This document shows positions 48,193-58,966 of a stretch of 64,000 nucleotides of DNA, piece by piece. The stretch's first letter is position 1. Each line of letters starts with the position of its first letter. A model generated the notes under the pieces. It searched no databases and was not told where the DNA came from. It saw only the letters and a program-made list of their open reading frames with translations. Source of the stretch: Selaginella moellendorffii (Eukaryota; Plantae; Lycopodiophyta); the NCBI RefSeq assembly GCF_000143415.4, contig NW_003314418.1, positions 1 to 64,000 of the forward strand, given 5' to 3'. Position numbers and translations under genes: made by a program.

Positions 48193-49579
48193 TCATCTGC
48201 AAAGATGCCAGTCGGGTTCATGTGTTCCAGGATGGCGGATGTTCCTGTGACAACTACTTTTGAAAACATGTCAGTGCTTTTTCTTGCAATTATCCCTGGT
48301 TTTAAACCCTCTGTGAGTCAAGCAGAAACATGGGCCGCTGAGTGAGCAAAGTACCACCGTCAACCTGAACTTCACGGAGAAAAAATTAACATTTAAAAGT
48401 TAAAACTATGCAAAAGGAGGATGACACGTTACTTAAATTTAAATTTCTTTTTGGTAGCAGAATCCAGGAATGCTGACTAAACCTGCCAACAGGTGCCCCA
48501 AAACGGAGTGCCTAGATTCAGATAATAAGCCTTAGTATGAAGACTTGCCGGTACCCAAACTCTTTGCTGATAGCAAGTACCGCCTCATGTTCCAGGAGCA
48601 AGGTGATGGTGGCTTGCGGCATGACCAACTTTGGGTTTTTGCTCCTAGAGCACGTTGAAGACGTGTGGAAGCTGGTGACGACGGCATTTGTTTCTTGCAA
48701 TGTACTCACCAGCTCCTCGGCGATGTCTTCCTTCCAGATTTTTTGAGCTTGTTGTGAGTGGTGACCTGCTTGCTCTCTCCTGTGACGACTTCTTCCAGCC
48801 TCTGGTGCCCAGGCTTTCTTGTGGATGGAGCTAGCCCTACACAGTGTGTGTGTGTATCAACCAGCAGATGCACAAATCGTTGAGAATTAGCAACAAGTGA
48901 CGTAGTGTACTAGTGTACATGTACATGTGTTTCAGCTAAATATAATGGGCCAAATACACCGAAGAAGTGTGTATAAGAAGAGTAGAAACAAATTAAGAAA
49001 TGTAAATTAAGAAGTGCAAAAGAAATGAAAATAAAGATTGTCCATCCTCATCAGTTTGCTGAAATTAAGTTGGATTCAATTCTTCCAGCTCCAAATATTG
49101 TGTGATTGTAGTTTTTTATTTTCGAAAGAAAATTAGTGGGGGAGTGCTGGTAAAGATATCTTTGCCGTTCATTGGTGGTTAATTAAATGAGCATGTTTAG
49201 AGATGTTTATCTGGACCAAGAGTTACCGGAAAATTAAAGTTCAAAATTTACGTTTTCCCTATTTGCACAATAACTTAAGCTAAAGTAATGTACTTACCCT
49301 TATTTTTTATGGGAAAATTATTAGTATTTTGGATTCGCACGAAAACAAAAGGGAGGATTCTTAAGTAATTTTCAAAAACCCCGACCAAATCTAAAGTGTT
49401 GGGGGGGTCATTTTATTTTAAGGGAAGTTGTTAAAAATTATTCCGGAAATATTCGAGAAGATTCTTAAGTTAGGGTTTGGCGTGCCTGCGAAGAAGTTCT
49501 GATCTCGCGGCACGGCCCGAGAATTAAAACATGGCAGCAGCCGCGGAGATTTATGAGGAGAGGAAGAAGCAGGTAATCC

Positions 49580-50647
49580 GATTTTAGGGTTGGAAGAGGA
49601 AACAGAGCTCTGGGAAATGGGGCCGATCGAGCTGGATCTGGGCCTGCTCGTGCTCTATCTTCACCAACAGGAGGAGGAAGAGGTGCCCATGGAGGGAGAG
49701 GTGGCCATGGAGTGGGAGGAGGGCGCGGGGTGGCCGGGGTTGGCCGCGGATCTCTGAATCTGGCCCCGGGAGGATTAGGCCATGGTTCTGAGGCGGCTCG
49801 AGGAGGGGGTGCCCCGGGAGGAGGAGGCCATGGTTCTACTCTAGGAGGAGGACGCCGCGGTTCTTCTCCGGGAGGAGGAGGCCATGGATCATCGCCAGGA
49901 GGAGGCCAAGCCTCGGTGGGAGGAGCCGAAGCCACAGCGGGAGGAGTCCAAGCCGCGCCCGGAGGAGCCCAAGCCACGTCCGGAGGAGTCGATCCAATTC
50001 GCAACATCAACAGGTACTTGACGTCTGGTGCTGGAACCGACTGGCTCCCTCCGGAGTGCGATATCTCCATCAGGCCCGGTTGGTTTTGGCACAGGAACGA
50101 GGCTCCAAAATCCCTGGAGCAGCTGCTCGACGTTTTCTACAAATCATCTGCCAGGAACTGCTTGCTCCTGCTCAACGTCCCTCCAAACTCGTCGGGACTG
50201 ATCGACAAATCCGACTTCCAGACGCTGGAGCGGTTTAGCTCCGCCATAGATTCCATCTTCAGCGTCAACTTAGCAGCGAATCCCTTGTCCGTGACAGCAA
50301 GCAGCGTTCGCAGCTCTTCGTTCGGGCCGAAGCAAATCCTTGACGAGTGTATGGAAACTTTCTGGGCTCCAATGCAAGGGGAGTCGACCGGCTGGATCGA
50401 GCTTGATCTTGGCAAGGTCTCAAAGTTCAACGCACTGGAGATCCGAGAGCCAGTAAACATGGGACAAAGGGTCATGGAATATCACGTCGAGGCATGGGAC
50501 AGCGAGCTGGGCTGGTACCTGGTGAGCAACGGTAGCACCATTGGTTACAGGAAAGTGGATCGACTGGAAGAGGATCAAGTATGCACTGCTCGGCTCGTTC
50601 GACTGCTGATTGATGCTTCTTTGGTTTGTACTTCGATGTGCGTATGA
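49580..50647 (+). pseudogene. Chimeric ORF: glycine-rich segment fused in frame to fucosidase exon 3
   Basis: GGGHGS-type repeats (49670-49988) join fucosidase intron-2 tail and exon 3 (gatccaattcgcaacatcaacag|GTAC...). Truncated at ~50638 by an inverted PPR fragment. No in-frame ATG upstream of the Gly-rich part. Confidence 0.7.
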
Positions 50648-51290
50648 CTTAATCATAATCGTCCACGAAAGTATGCTGTGCAGAGGCATCCTATCAAACA
50701 AACTCTTGGCTTGAATCAAATCCCCATTTTGGGCATAGCAGCAGTGCATCGCCCCCCAGAGGATCGCGTTTCAGTGTACAATCTCCTGGAAGACATCCTC
50801 CGCCTCCTCCACGAATCCATTCTCCGCAAACATGACGAGCATCACCGTGCGAGTGATGCTGTTCTTCTCAGGCATGGAATCAAATGCGGCCTTCGCATTG
50901 CCCACTCACCCGTGCTGCGCGAAACCCTGCACGAGGATCGTCCACGCTACCACATTCATCTCGGGCATCCGATCCAGCACCTCTCTCGCTCGCCCAATCT
51001 CTCTGTCGCGAGCAAATCCCCGCAGCAGTGTCGCCCACATCTTGCAGTTCCTCTCGGGCATCGCATCAAACACTGCCTTGCTTGATCCAATCTGCCCGCA
51101 ATCGCCCAGTGCCTTGACCATCGCAGTGGAGGAAACTACGTCCCGCACCGCCATTCGATCAAACGCTGCCTTGGCCTCGCCCGGATGCCCACTCTCGGCA
51201 TACGCAGTTGCGAGCGCCGTCCACGACGTGATGTTCTTGGCTGGCAATGCATCCAAGATCCTTCTCGATTCCTCCAAATGCCCACACTGC
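50639..51290 (-). pseudogene. S-type PPR gene fragment (copy 3, inverted, 5' half only)
   Basis: Reverse complement of ~22460-23100 (CGHLEESRRILDALPAKN...IKSYA). Confidence 0.88.
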
Positions 51291-52887
51291 AAACTTCAAA
51301 CAATTAAACACTGAATAGAGGAAATTGCTAGGCCAAAGTCCACCAAGATCATCACATTTATACTATTTACAACTGCAGCAAAAACAAACATAAACTATTC
51401 ATCCTCCATTAATTCTATATTGCATGTTATGAAAGAGAGTGGAGGAGAGAGAATAGGAGGACTTTTGTTATTTGTTGGTGATAGAGAAGAAGCACAAGAA
51501 ATAGAACTCCTATTATCCATAAATGTCAAAAGAGAATAAGAATATTTTTTAGCATATTATTGACGTTTGGTACAAGTTCCAGTGTTATGTCCCCATCCAT
51601 GACATTCCTCACATCATGAACAACAATTGTGTTATCACTCAGCACGAAAAGTCAATAATCTAGTCTTCCTAAACTAAATTACACCTCCTTTTGAAGTTCC
51701 TCACCACCTAACCACCCCCGCGCTACCTCAAAAGGTCTTTTGCACTACAATGAGCCCTAGAGTATGTTAAGTTCTTTACCCTAACATGGCCTGACGTTAA
51801 CCATGTGGTCAAAGCCAATTCTTCCCCCTAACAAAGTCCTTGTCGCAAGGATGAGTTGTACTAGTTTTCACCTTTTCTGGGGAACCCTACTCAAGCTTTT
51901 GATCCATCTTTTATAGCCGTATACATCAAGGAGGCATTGGGCCCGGCACTCTGAGATAATATACCTTTCAACTGGTTAACATAAAATATCGGATGAATTT
52001 TCACCCCAACTGGCAGCCGCACCCGATAAGCCGCCTTACTGATCCGCTCTAGCACTTCATATGGGCCAGCATACCGATGAGAAAGTTTATCATTCTTCCT
52101 ATTTTGCAAAGGCACTAAAGTGTTCCACTGCTCACTTGATGAAAAAATCACTCGCACAAAGATATGATTACCCACCTTATATTCCTGGAATGGGCGATAC
52201 TCATTAACAAACTTCTCCGCTCTATCCAAAGTTGCTTGCAAATTCCATTTGCACACCACCAGAATCTCATCAAGTTTCGTGGCCAAATTAGTCACCTTTG
52301 AATCAAGTTTTTCTTGAACATCCTTACTCAAATGCAATTCCAATTCCACAGCTGTTTGAGGATGCCTTCCAAACATGGCAAAGTAAGGACTTACCTTAAT
52401 TCCATTGTGTTGGCTATTATTGTAAGCAAATTGCACCAATGAAAGATATAAATCCCATTGTCCTTACCTTTGATTAATGCTATAGTATAGCATATCCTCC
52501 ACTACCTGATTCACATGCTTAGTTTGCCCATTTGTCTAAGGATGATCTCCACTCGAGAGTTTCAAAGTCATTTGCACAGCTTTTGCAAAGCTATTTCAAA
52601 ATCCACTAGTGAACTTTGAATATCAATTGATAACAATGTCCTTTGGCAAACCAAAATCAGGAAAAACCTTCTCCAAGTAGACCGCAACCAAGTCTAAGGC
52701 AGTGACACTCTTCCGAAAAGCTAACAACTGCACATATTTCGTCAAATGATCCACTATGACTGACATTTGCTTCTTTTCCCTCTGTGTTCGTGGCAAACAA
52801 GACACCAATAAATCTGAGGAATAGATAAAGGTTGCAAAAGTCCCCCTGGCTTCTCCCATATCACCTTTACTCGTTGATAGAGCTTAT

Positions 52888-54039
52888 TGTAAGCCACAAA
52901 TTTTTCCTTTCCAATTTGCCAGCTTACCCCGTTTATCCGTCCAACACCGCCTTGGCTTTTGCTAAGCTCCCTTGCCAAGGTTCTCGCCTATGGTACCAGC
53001 TCCTACTTGGTCTCAGCTACTCACTGCACGAGCAACGGAGTGTTAGCCATCCATCCACGGATTCCCAAATCACTCCCAATCCCCCTCCCTAGGTTAGACT
53101 GGACTAAAGGTTCGGCTACATTCCCCGCAAGCACAAGCAGCCAAGCACACCAAGCTTCCAGGTTCCTAACATCCCTTTGGTACCACAAGACTTGATCATG
53201 GGACCCTCTAAATCCCAAGTCTTGAGTGCAACACTTGCTTCGGGACGCCGGGGCGAAACACCGTGGCCTAGCGGCCCGGTATGGGTACCTCTCGCCCCCC
53301 ACTTCCATCCCGAAGGAAGGCCCAAGCCCCTAGGAAGGGCGAGGACCAATGAGCCGCATGGTACTCAAGTGGGGCACCACTCCACATGAGCCGGGAGCAC
53401 CGCAATCGGTTTCCCTTTCGGGAGTGGGAGCTGCTCTTGAGCACTTCCTTGGATGGCCCCTCCGGCACCAACCAAGTCCATGCTCACTCCCACCCAAGGC
53501 CCCTCGGTCCCAGTCCCAACCTCAAGTCAGTTTGGGAGCCCCACTGGAGAGTCCCTTCTAAACTGGTTCCTGGACCTCACTATCCCTACTATACTTTTGG
53601 AACCCCCTGCAGCCCCCCCCCCCCCTGGGAGACGCACGCTTTGGGCTTTCACCCCTTGACCCGTATTAGTATTTGGACTTAGTCTTTGGCTCGATCTCGG
53701 ACCCGATTTCGGATCCAACTTCGGATTCGGTTTCGGACTCGATCTTGGACTCGATCTCGGACCCGATCTCGGACCCGACCTCGGACTCGACCTCGGACTC
53801 GGTCTCGGACCCGATTTCGGATCTCGGACTCCGTCTCGAACTCGGTCTCGAACTCGGACTCGAACTCGGTCCCCGAGTCGGTCTTGGACTCGATTCCGGA
53901 CTCGATCTCGAACTCGGTCCTAGAGTCGGTCTTGGACTCGATCTTCGACTTTGTCCCATCTGATGAACTCTTTGTCATTTTTGGTCATGCTTTCGGGGTT
54001 CCTTTAGCCTACGACACCTCGGCGAGTTGGTTCCTTACA
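52888..54039. mobile_element. 1152-bp solo-LTR-like insertion
   Basis: TGTAAG...CTTACA inverted termini and 5-bp TSD CTTAT (52883-52887, 54040-54044). GC-rich; interrupts the integrase. Confidence 0.85.
53675..53950. repeat. Degenerate hexamer tandem array (TCGGAC/TCGATC/TCGAAC/TCGGTC)
   Basis: About 45 CpG-rich 6-mers; produces low-complexity ORFs in several frames. Confidence 0.95.
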
Positions 54040-54197
54040 CTTATATGACCTACAGTATTCAAGGATATCAACCTTCATACTCTTCCAATAGAAATTATGC
54101 TTAATCAACTCATATGTCTTCTTCCCCCCAAAATGATTAGCCTCTGGACGATCATGATAGTGGAATAAAACTTGAATAATTAATGCATCCACCTATG

Positions 54198-54794
54198 TGT
54201 AAGCAACCAAAGGGAACGACTCGAGAGACGATCCATTGGGGTTCAAATATAGAGGGAAAGGGCCCATGAACAAGAGTGCACCCCCTTTTCCAATCGGTTA
54301 AGGGTCTTGGGATATTTGGGGTTAAGCGTCCTTGGGTTTGAATAGTACTGGGCTGGGTGACCTCCCGGGAAGTCCAAACTCAGGAGCTTACATTTGGTAT
54401 CAGAGGGGGTCTCGGGTCCGACTCTGTTGGTTGGCTTAGGGGAATCGCACCACATGTTGATTGACATCTGGCTGGTCCAGTTTGCTCCCACTGGGCTCGA
54501 CCCGAGGGGTAGGGTGTCAAGAGAGCGAGGCTCTCGGGAGAGCTGCGGCTCTCAGCTTCCGTTCACGAGGGCGTGAACTTGCAGGGAAGCGTGGTGGATT
54601 GTAAGCAACCAAAGGGAACGACTCGAGAGACGATCCATTGGGGTTCAAATATAGAGGGAAAGGGCCCATGAACAAGAGTGCACCCCCTTTTCCAATCGGT
54701 TAAGGGTCTTGGGATATTTGGGGTTAAGCGTCCTTGGGTTTGAATAGTACTGGGCTGGGTGACCTCCCGGGAAGTCCAAACTCAGGAGCTTACA
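54198..54794 (+). mobile_element. Complete Cassandra TRIM: LTRs 54198-54392 and 54600-54794, PBS, 207-bp non-coding core, PPT
   Basis: Two 195-bp LTRs identical by eye; TGTAAGC...GCTTACA termini; TSD CTATG; PBS tggtatcagag 54395-54405; purine-rich tract before the 3' LTR; 5S rRNA internal-promoter sequence in each LTR. Confidence 0.95.
54320..54376 (+). promoter_or_regulatory. 5S rRNA-derived Pol III internal control region (A box-IE-C box) in the Cassandra LTR; repeated at 54722-54778
   Basis: ggttaagcgtccttgggtttgaatagtactgggctgggtgacctcccgggaagtcc matches the 3' half of plant 5S rRNA (GTTAAGCG...TAGTACT.GGATGGGTGACCTCCCGGGAAGTCC). Confidence 0.88.
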
Positions 54795-57240
54795 CTATGG
54801 CAAATACACATGGCCATTGTAGTAAAGAATCCCATTCACCAATGAGAAAGATGCTTCCATTTGGGCTTGCAATGAGACCACCTCAACATCTTGAGCCTAA
54901 GCATGCTCAACCAACTGCTCAAACTCGCTAACCACCTTACTCAAATGATGACAAAACTATGTTTGTAACGCCATCACATGGCAAACACAAGATAAAGCAT
55001 CTGCCACCACATTTGATTTTCCTGAACGATGCTCAATAAGAAACTCCCAAAATTCCATAAGTTTGACCATCCAACAAGCTTGCCTAGTGTTCAACTCCTT
55101 CTATGTGAAAAGATATACAAAGGGTTTGTGATTCGTCAACACTGTGAACACTGCATCATAAAGATAGTGCCGCCACGTCCATAAAGCATAAACAATGGAG
55201 AGTAACTCTTGCTCATATATGGAATAGCGTTGCTCTGCGGGTTTGATTCTCATATGCAATAGGCTGTCCCTCTTGCATGAAAACTCCTCTCGGTGTATAA
55301 CCACTCGCATCACATATAACTTCATAAGGTTTTGATAGATCAGCAATGTGAAGCACTGAAACCTCGCTCAACAACCGTTTCAATGCCACAAAACTATCCT
55401 CATGTGGTTTCTTCCACTCGAATGGCACGTTCTTATGCAACAATCGTGTCAAAGGAATAGCCACCTCTGCAAACGTATGCTGAAAATGCCAGTAGTAACT
55501 AGCCATACTAAGGGAATTGCATAACTTAGCCATTGAAGTTAGTGTAAGTTAGTTCTCCACCACAGCCACCTTCCTTGGACCTGTCTTGATACCCTTGGAT
55601 GTCATAATATGGCCTAAATATTCCACCTCTGACTTTGCAAACTCATATTTGCTCTTCTTCATATAAAGTTTGATGTTATGGAGTAACAAAAGAACTTTGT
55701 GCAAATGCACCTTATTCTCTTCCATATTTTTGTTGAAATGGACGTTGGTAAATTGGCTGTGTCCCTGGCTCCAACATAATCCCATACTCCACACCTCGTA
55801 ATGGAGGCAATCCATGAGAAAGTTTAGAGGGAAAAATATCAAAGAACTCTTCGAGTATAGTTTGCACTACTGCCTCTCCTCCACATGTGGCTTGGTCCCC
55901 CAAGTTATGAACAAACAATAAGTAACTCAAAAGTGTTTTTCATTTATGACAAGCCTGGTTCAAAGATGTAGTAGAGAGCATAACAACTAGAGGTTGAACT
56001 CCTCCAAACCACACATCTTTAATGCCACCATACTCCAACAAGACACGTTTAATACTCCACTTTATCTCTGGATTCACCTTCACCAAGTATGACATCCCAA
56101 GAATGAACTACACATGATGAAGATTTATGAGATAAAAAGTCTTCACAAATGTGGTTTTGCCAACCAACATTTCCAACCCTTATGTAGAAGTATTGAAACG
56201 CCAAGTAAAGGTAGTTGCACCTTTTACCATATATGGAAGAACTTCTCATGTTACCAGGCCATGCTCCTCAACAAACTTTGTGGAAATAAAGTTGTCATCA
56301 CTCCCACTGTCCAGTAAAATTCACATTGGACTACCATGGAACCAGCAAGCTGATGCATGAGTGTCCTCGACCTTCATCTTGTTCCACACATAGTTAAGTT
56401 GACGAGCAACAATCGAAAGCCTCTTCTTCCAATTGGAATGGTTGTCCTTGTTATCCTTGCGCTGCAAAGTTTGCAACTTCTTAATATTTAACTTACCGTT
56501 AGTAGAAGATTGGCCATTCTTGATGCCATGTTATTTGCTCTTCATTGTGGACAATCAGCCTTGTAGTGTCCTAGCTCGCAGCAATGTTAACAACTTTGTC
56601 TATAATTCTTCATAAAAGATTTCTGCTTCTTTGACCCCTATGTACCCGAAGTAGCCACCATAAACTTCAGCTTGTGTTTTATTCCCATCCTAGTGTCCAC
56701 AACAATCATCATGTCGATTCTCAACAGAAAGACTCCTCAAACGCTTGTGAGACTTATACTTATTATTGTCAATAAGCAACATCAAAGAGCTCCTCCAAAT
56801 TCTTTGTACGTTGAGAATGATGCAAGTGTTGCCACATGCTCTCACTATGAAGGGCATCAATGAAGTAGGACTTGTTCTGATCTGGATCCTTCATTAGAAC
56901 ACAATTAATTAAGTAAGTCAACTTCTCAATATAGTCCCAAGTTTCATTTTCCCTTGCTGAAAATGTCGAAGTTCGGTGTGAGCATTCTCCACGTCATAGT
57001 GAGGAGCAAAATGTAAATGGAAAGCAGCCTCAAACTCATCCATTGTAGATACTAATGGTTTCTTATCTGCAGCACAAGACTCCTCAAGCTAATTCCACAC
57101 GCAAAACCATTGAAATAGCCACTAAAGCCTCTACATTCGGAATTCCTTTAGTAGCCAAAAACTTCTTTACATTAGCTAGCCAAGCTAGACACTCATCCAC
57201 ACCACCATCACCGGAAAAGGTTGAAATCTTGAGTTGATCC

Positions 57241-58745
57241 AACCTTTTCTTCATCAGCGAATGGAAGTGTACGAATTTGCAAGAGTGACCGGCAATTCCC
57301 AGTTTATTTTACTTCCTTTTCAGCCATACAAGCTTATTTATGCGTTGATGCTTGCTGAAGCTGGAAAGATAAACAAAGCTTTAAGGTTGGAGTGATTTTT
57401 AACTGTATGCTTCGTTAACACAAGGTTTCTCTTCGAAGTATTGCCAAGCGGTGTTGAAAACATTGAAAACAGTGGGCCATGCAGCTGATGTGTGCAAAGA
57501 AGCGGCTGTAGCCTTGGAAGAGCGTCTTCATATCCACTCTCAGATGTGTAAGCGGACACTCGGCTTTTATACTCACTTTCCTGTTATCCAGGGAGGCTCG
57601 ATGTCAATTGTGCCCCCAAAAGCTTCCAATAATGCTGATATTAATAACCGTCCCACAACAGCTTTTAGTAGAAGCAGTTATCACTTGCCTCGTCAGCATC
57701 AATGGAACCCATAAGTGATAATACGAGAAGATCCAACATGCTAGCAAGAAGCATTTCTGAGACTGACTTTAGGCCTGCACAGGTAACTCGACTTGCTCTT
57801 GTGTACCTTCGATTAAGACCTGTATTCTTTCATCAGATCGTTAGTTCAGCGAAAGGAATGCCAAACAGAGGCGTCTTTACTTCTTTCGTGCAAAGAGTGA
57901 TGGGCTTCATAAAAACACCTTCGAAGGAGGTTTGTAGAAGCTTTGGAAAGAGCGCTAGCTGATTGATGGTCGGGTATGTGATGCAGGCAAAGCTTGTTGA
58001 CAGCAACAAGTTTAGATACGACGAGACACTGAAGCGCTGGGTTGGAGAAGGAGCCGAGGCACAAGCACCAGACCTTCCGTTGGCTCCTCCTCTGGAATCC
58101 CACCAATGCCTCCGAGCAGTAACCAGTACGCAGCTTGCGCACATCAAAACGTTAGATCAAGGTACCGTTTTGGTCATTCCCAGCACTCCAATCTCACGAG
58201 GTTTCTGTAGATATGTCGATACATTCAACAAAGGTAGCATAACACCATCCAAGACATCATCGGACTCTCCTCCACTGTTTGGCATGGTGCCAAAGGCAAG
58301 CGCAAAGCCTTTGGCTCCAGAGAGATTTTTAGTGCCTGCGGCCGCTGCTGCCGCTGCTCCAGATATCAACAGCAACCATTCGGTGGATCCTTCCTCGGCA
58401 CCAGCCTTTGTCTCCGACACAGCGTTCTCAAACGGGAATGGAGCATTCGCTCAGCCGGTTGTACAGGATATGAGAAACGATCCGAGGCCAACGCCTCTCT
58501 CGAGCAGCTCTTCGCCAGCAATGTTCTATTCGAATCACTATCCAGCAGCACCGTCGACCGTCTCGTTGCCGCCACCTCCAGCTCTGGAAGTCACTCTGCC
58601 AGTGATGGTCGAGCAGCAGCAGCAAAACCAACACCAGGAAAGTTCGATTCATCGGCACCACTATCAACAGTCCGGTACAGTGGGATTCGAAGCTGCCAGT
58701 TCCTCCGGAGTGTTTGGAGACGACTTGCAAGAGGTGGAATTGTAA
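57241..58745 (+). pseudogene. SEC16: SEC16/MAG5-like 3' fragment (copy 2)
   Basis: Direct repeat of 29387-31054 with different deletions; ends GVFGDDLQEVEL*. Confidence 0.88.
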
Positions 58746-58966
58746 ATCACACTCCACAAGTAAGTAGTGTTGCTGGGTGGATTTTGGTAGAGCAGTGTAG
58801 CGAAGTAGTAGTGGTGGAAGGAGGAATTTTGTTTTGGCTGGGGTGATTCTTTGGAGCCACAAGCGAAGCGAGGAAGCTCCTTAAAGTTGCTAGAGAAAGG
58901 AAACTCTTTACAGTCTAACAAATAAAAGCAAAGGCCTTGTGATGAATATACCTCGAATAATCTCCC

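Larger units (their letters stand above)
51630..57237 (-). mobile_element. Ty3/gypsy element copy G2: 3' LTR remnant 51630-~51820, integrase, RNase H, RT mostly deleted, protease, gag; hosts two nested insertions
   Basis: LTR and 3' flank match G1 (21830-22400). Integrase (QFAYNNSQH, RYAGPYEV, HDRPEANHFGG); RNase H (CDASG, YSIYEQELL); RT deletion at ~55735. Confidence 0.85.

Noticed and set aside
49465-50070. Proline-rich 201-aa minus-strand ORF
   Set aside because: Antisense of the Gly-rich segment, and it starts within antisense fucosidase sequence.
53666-54048. RS/ES/RT-rich ORFs as SR-like or extensin proteins
   Set aside because: Artefacts of the stop-free hexamer array inside a TSD-flanked LTR.
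54320-54376. Bona fide 5S rRNA gene
   Set aside because: Only the 3' internal-promoter half is present, inside an LTR; the 5' half and T-run terminator are missing.
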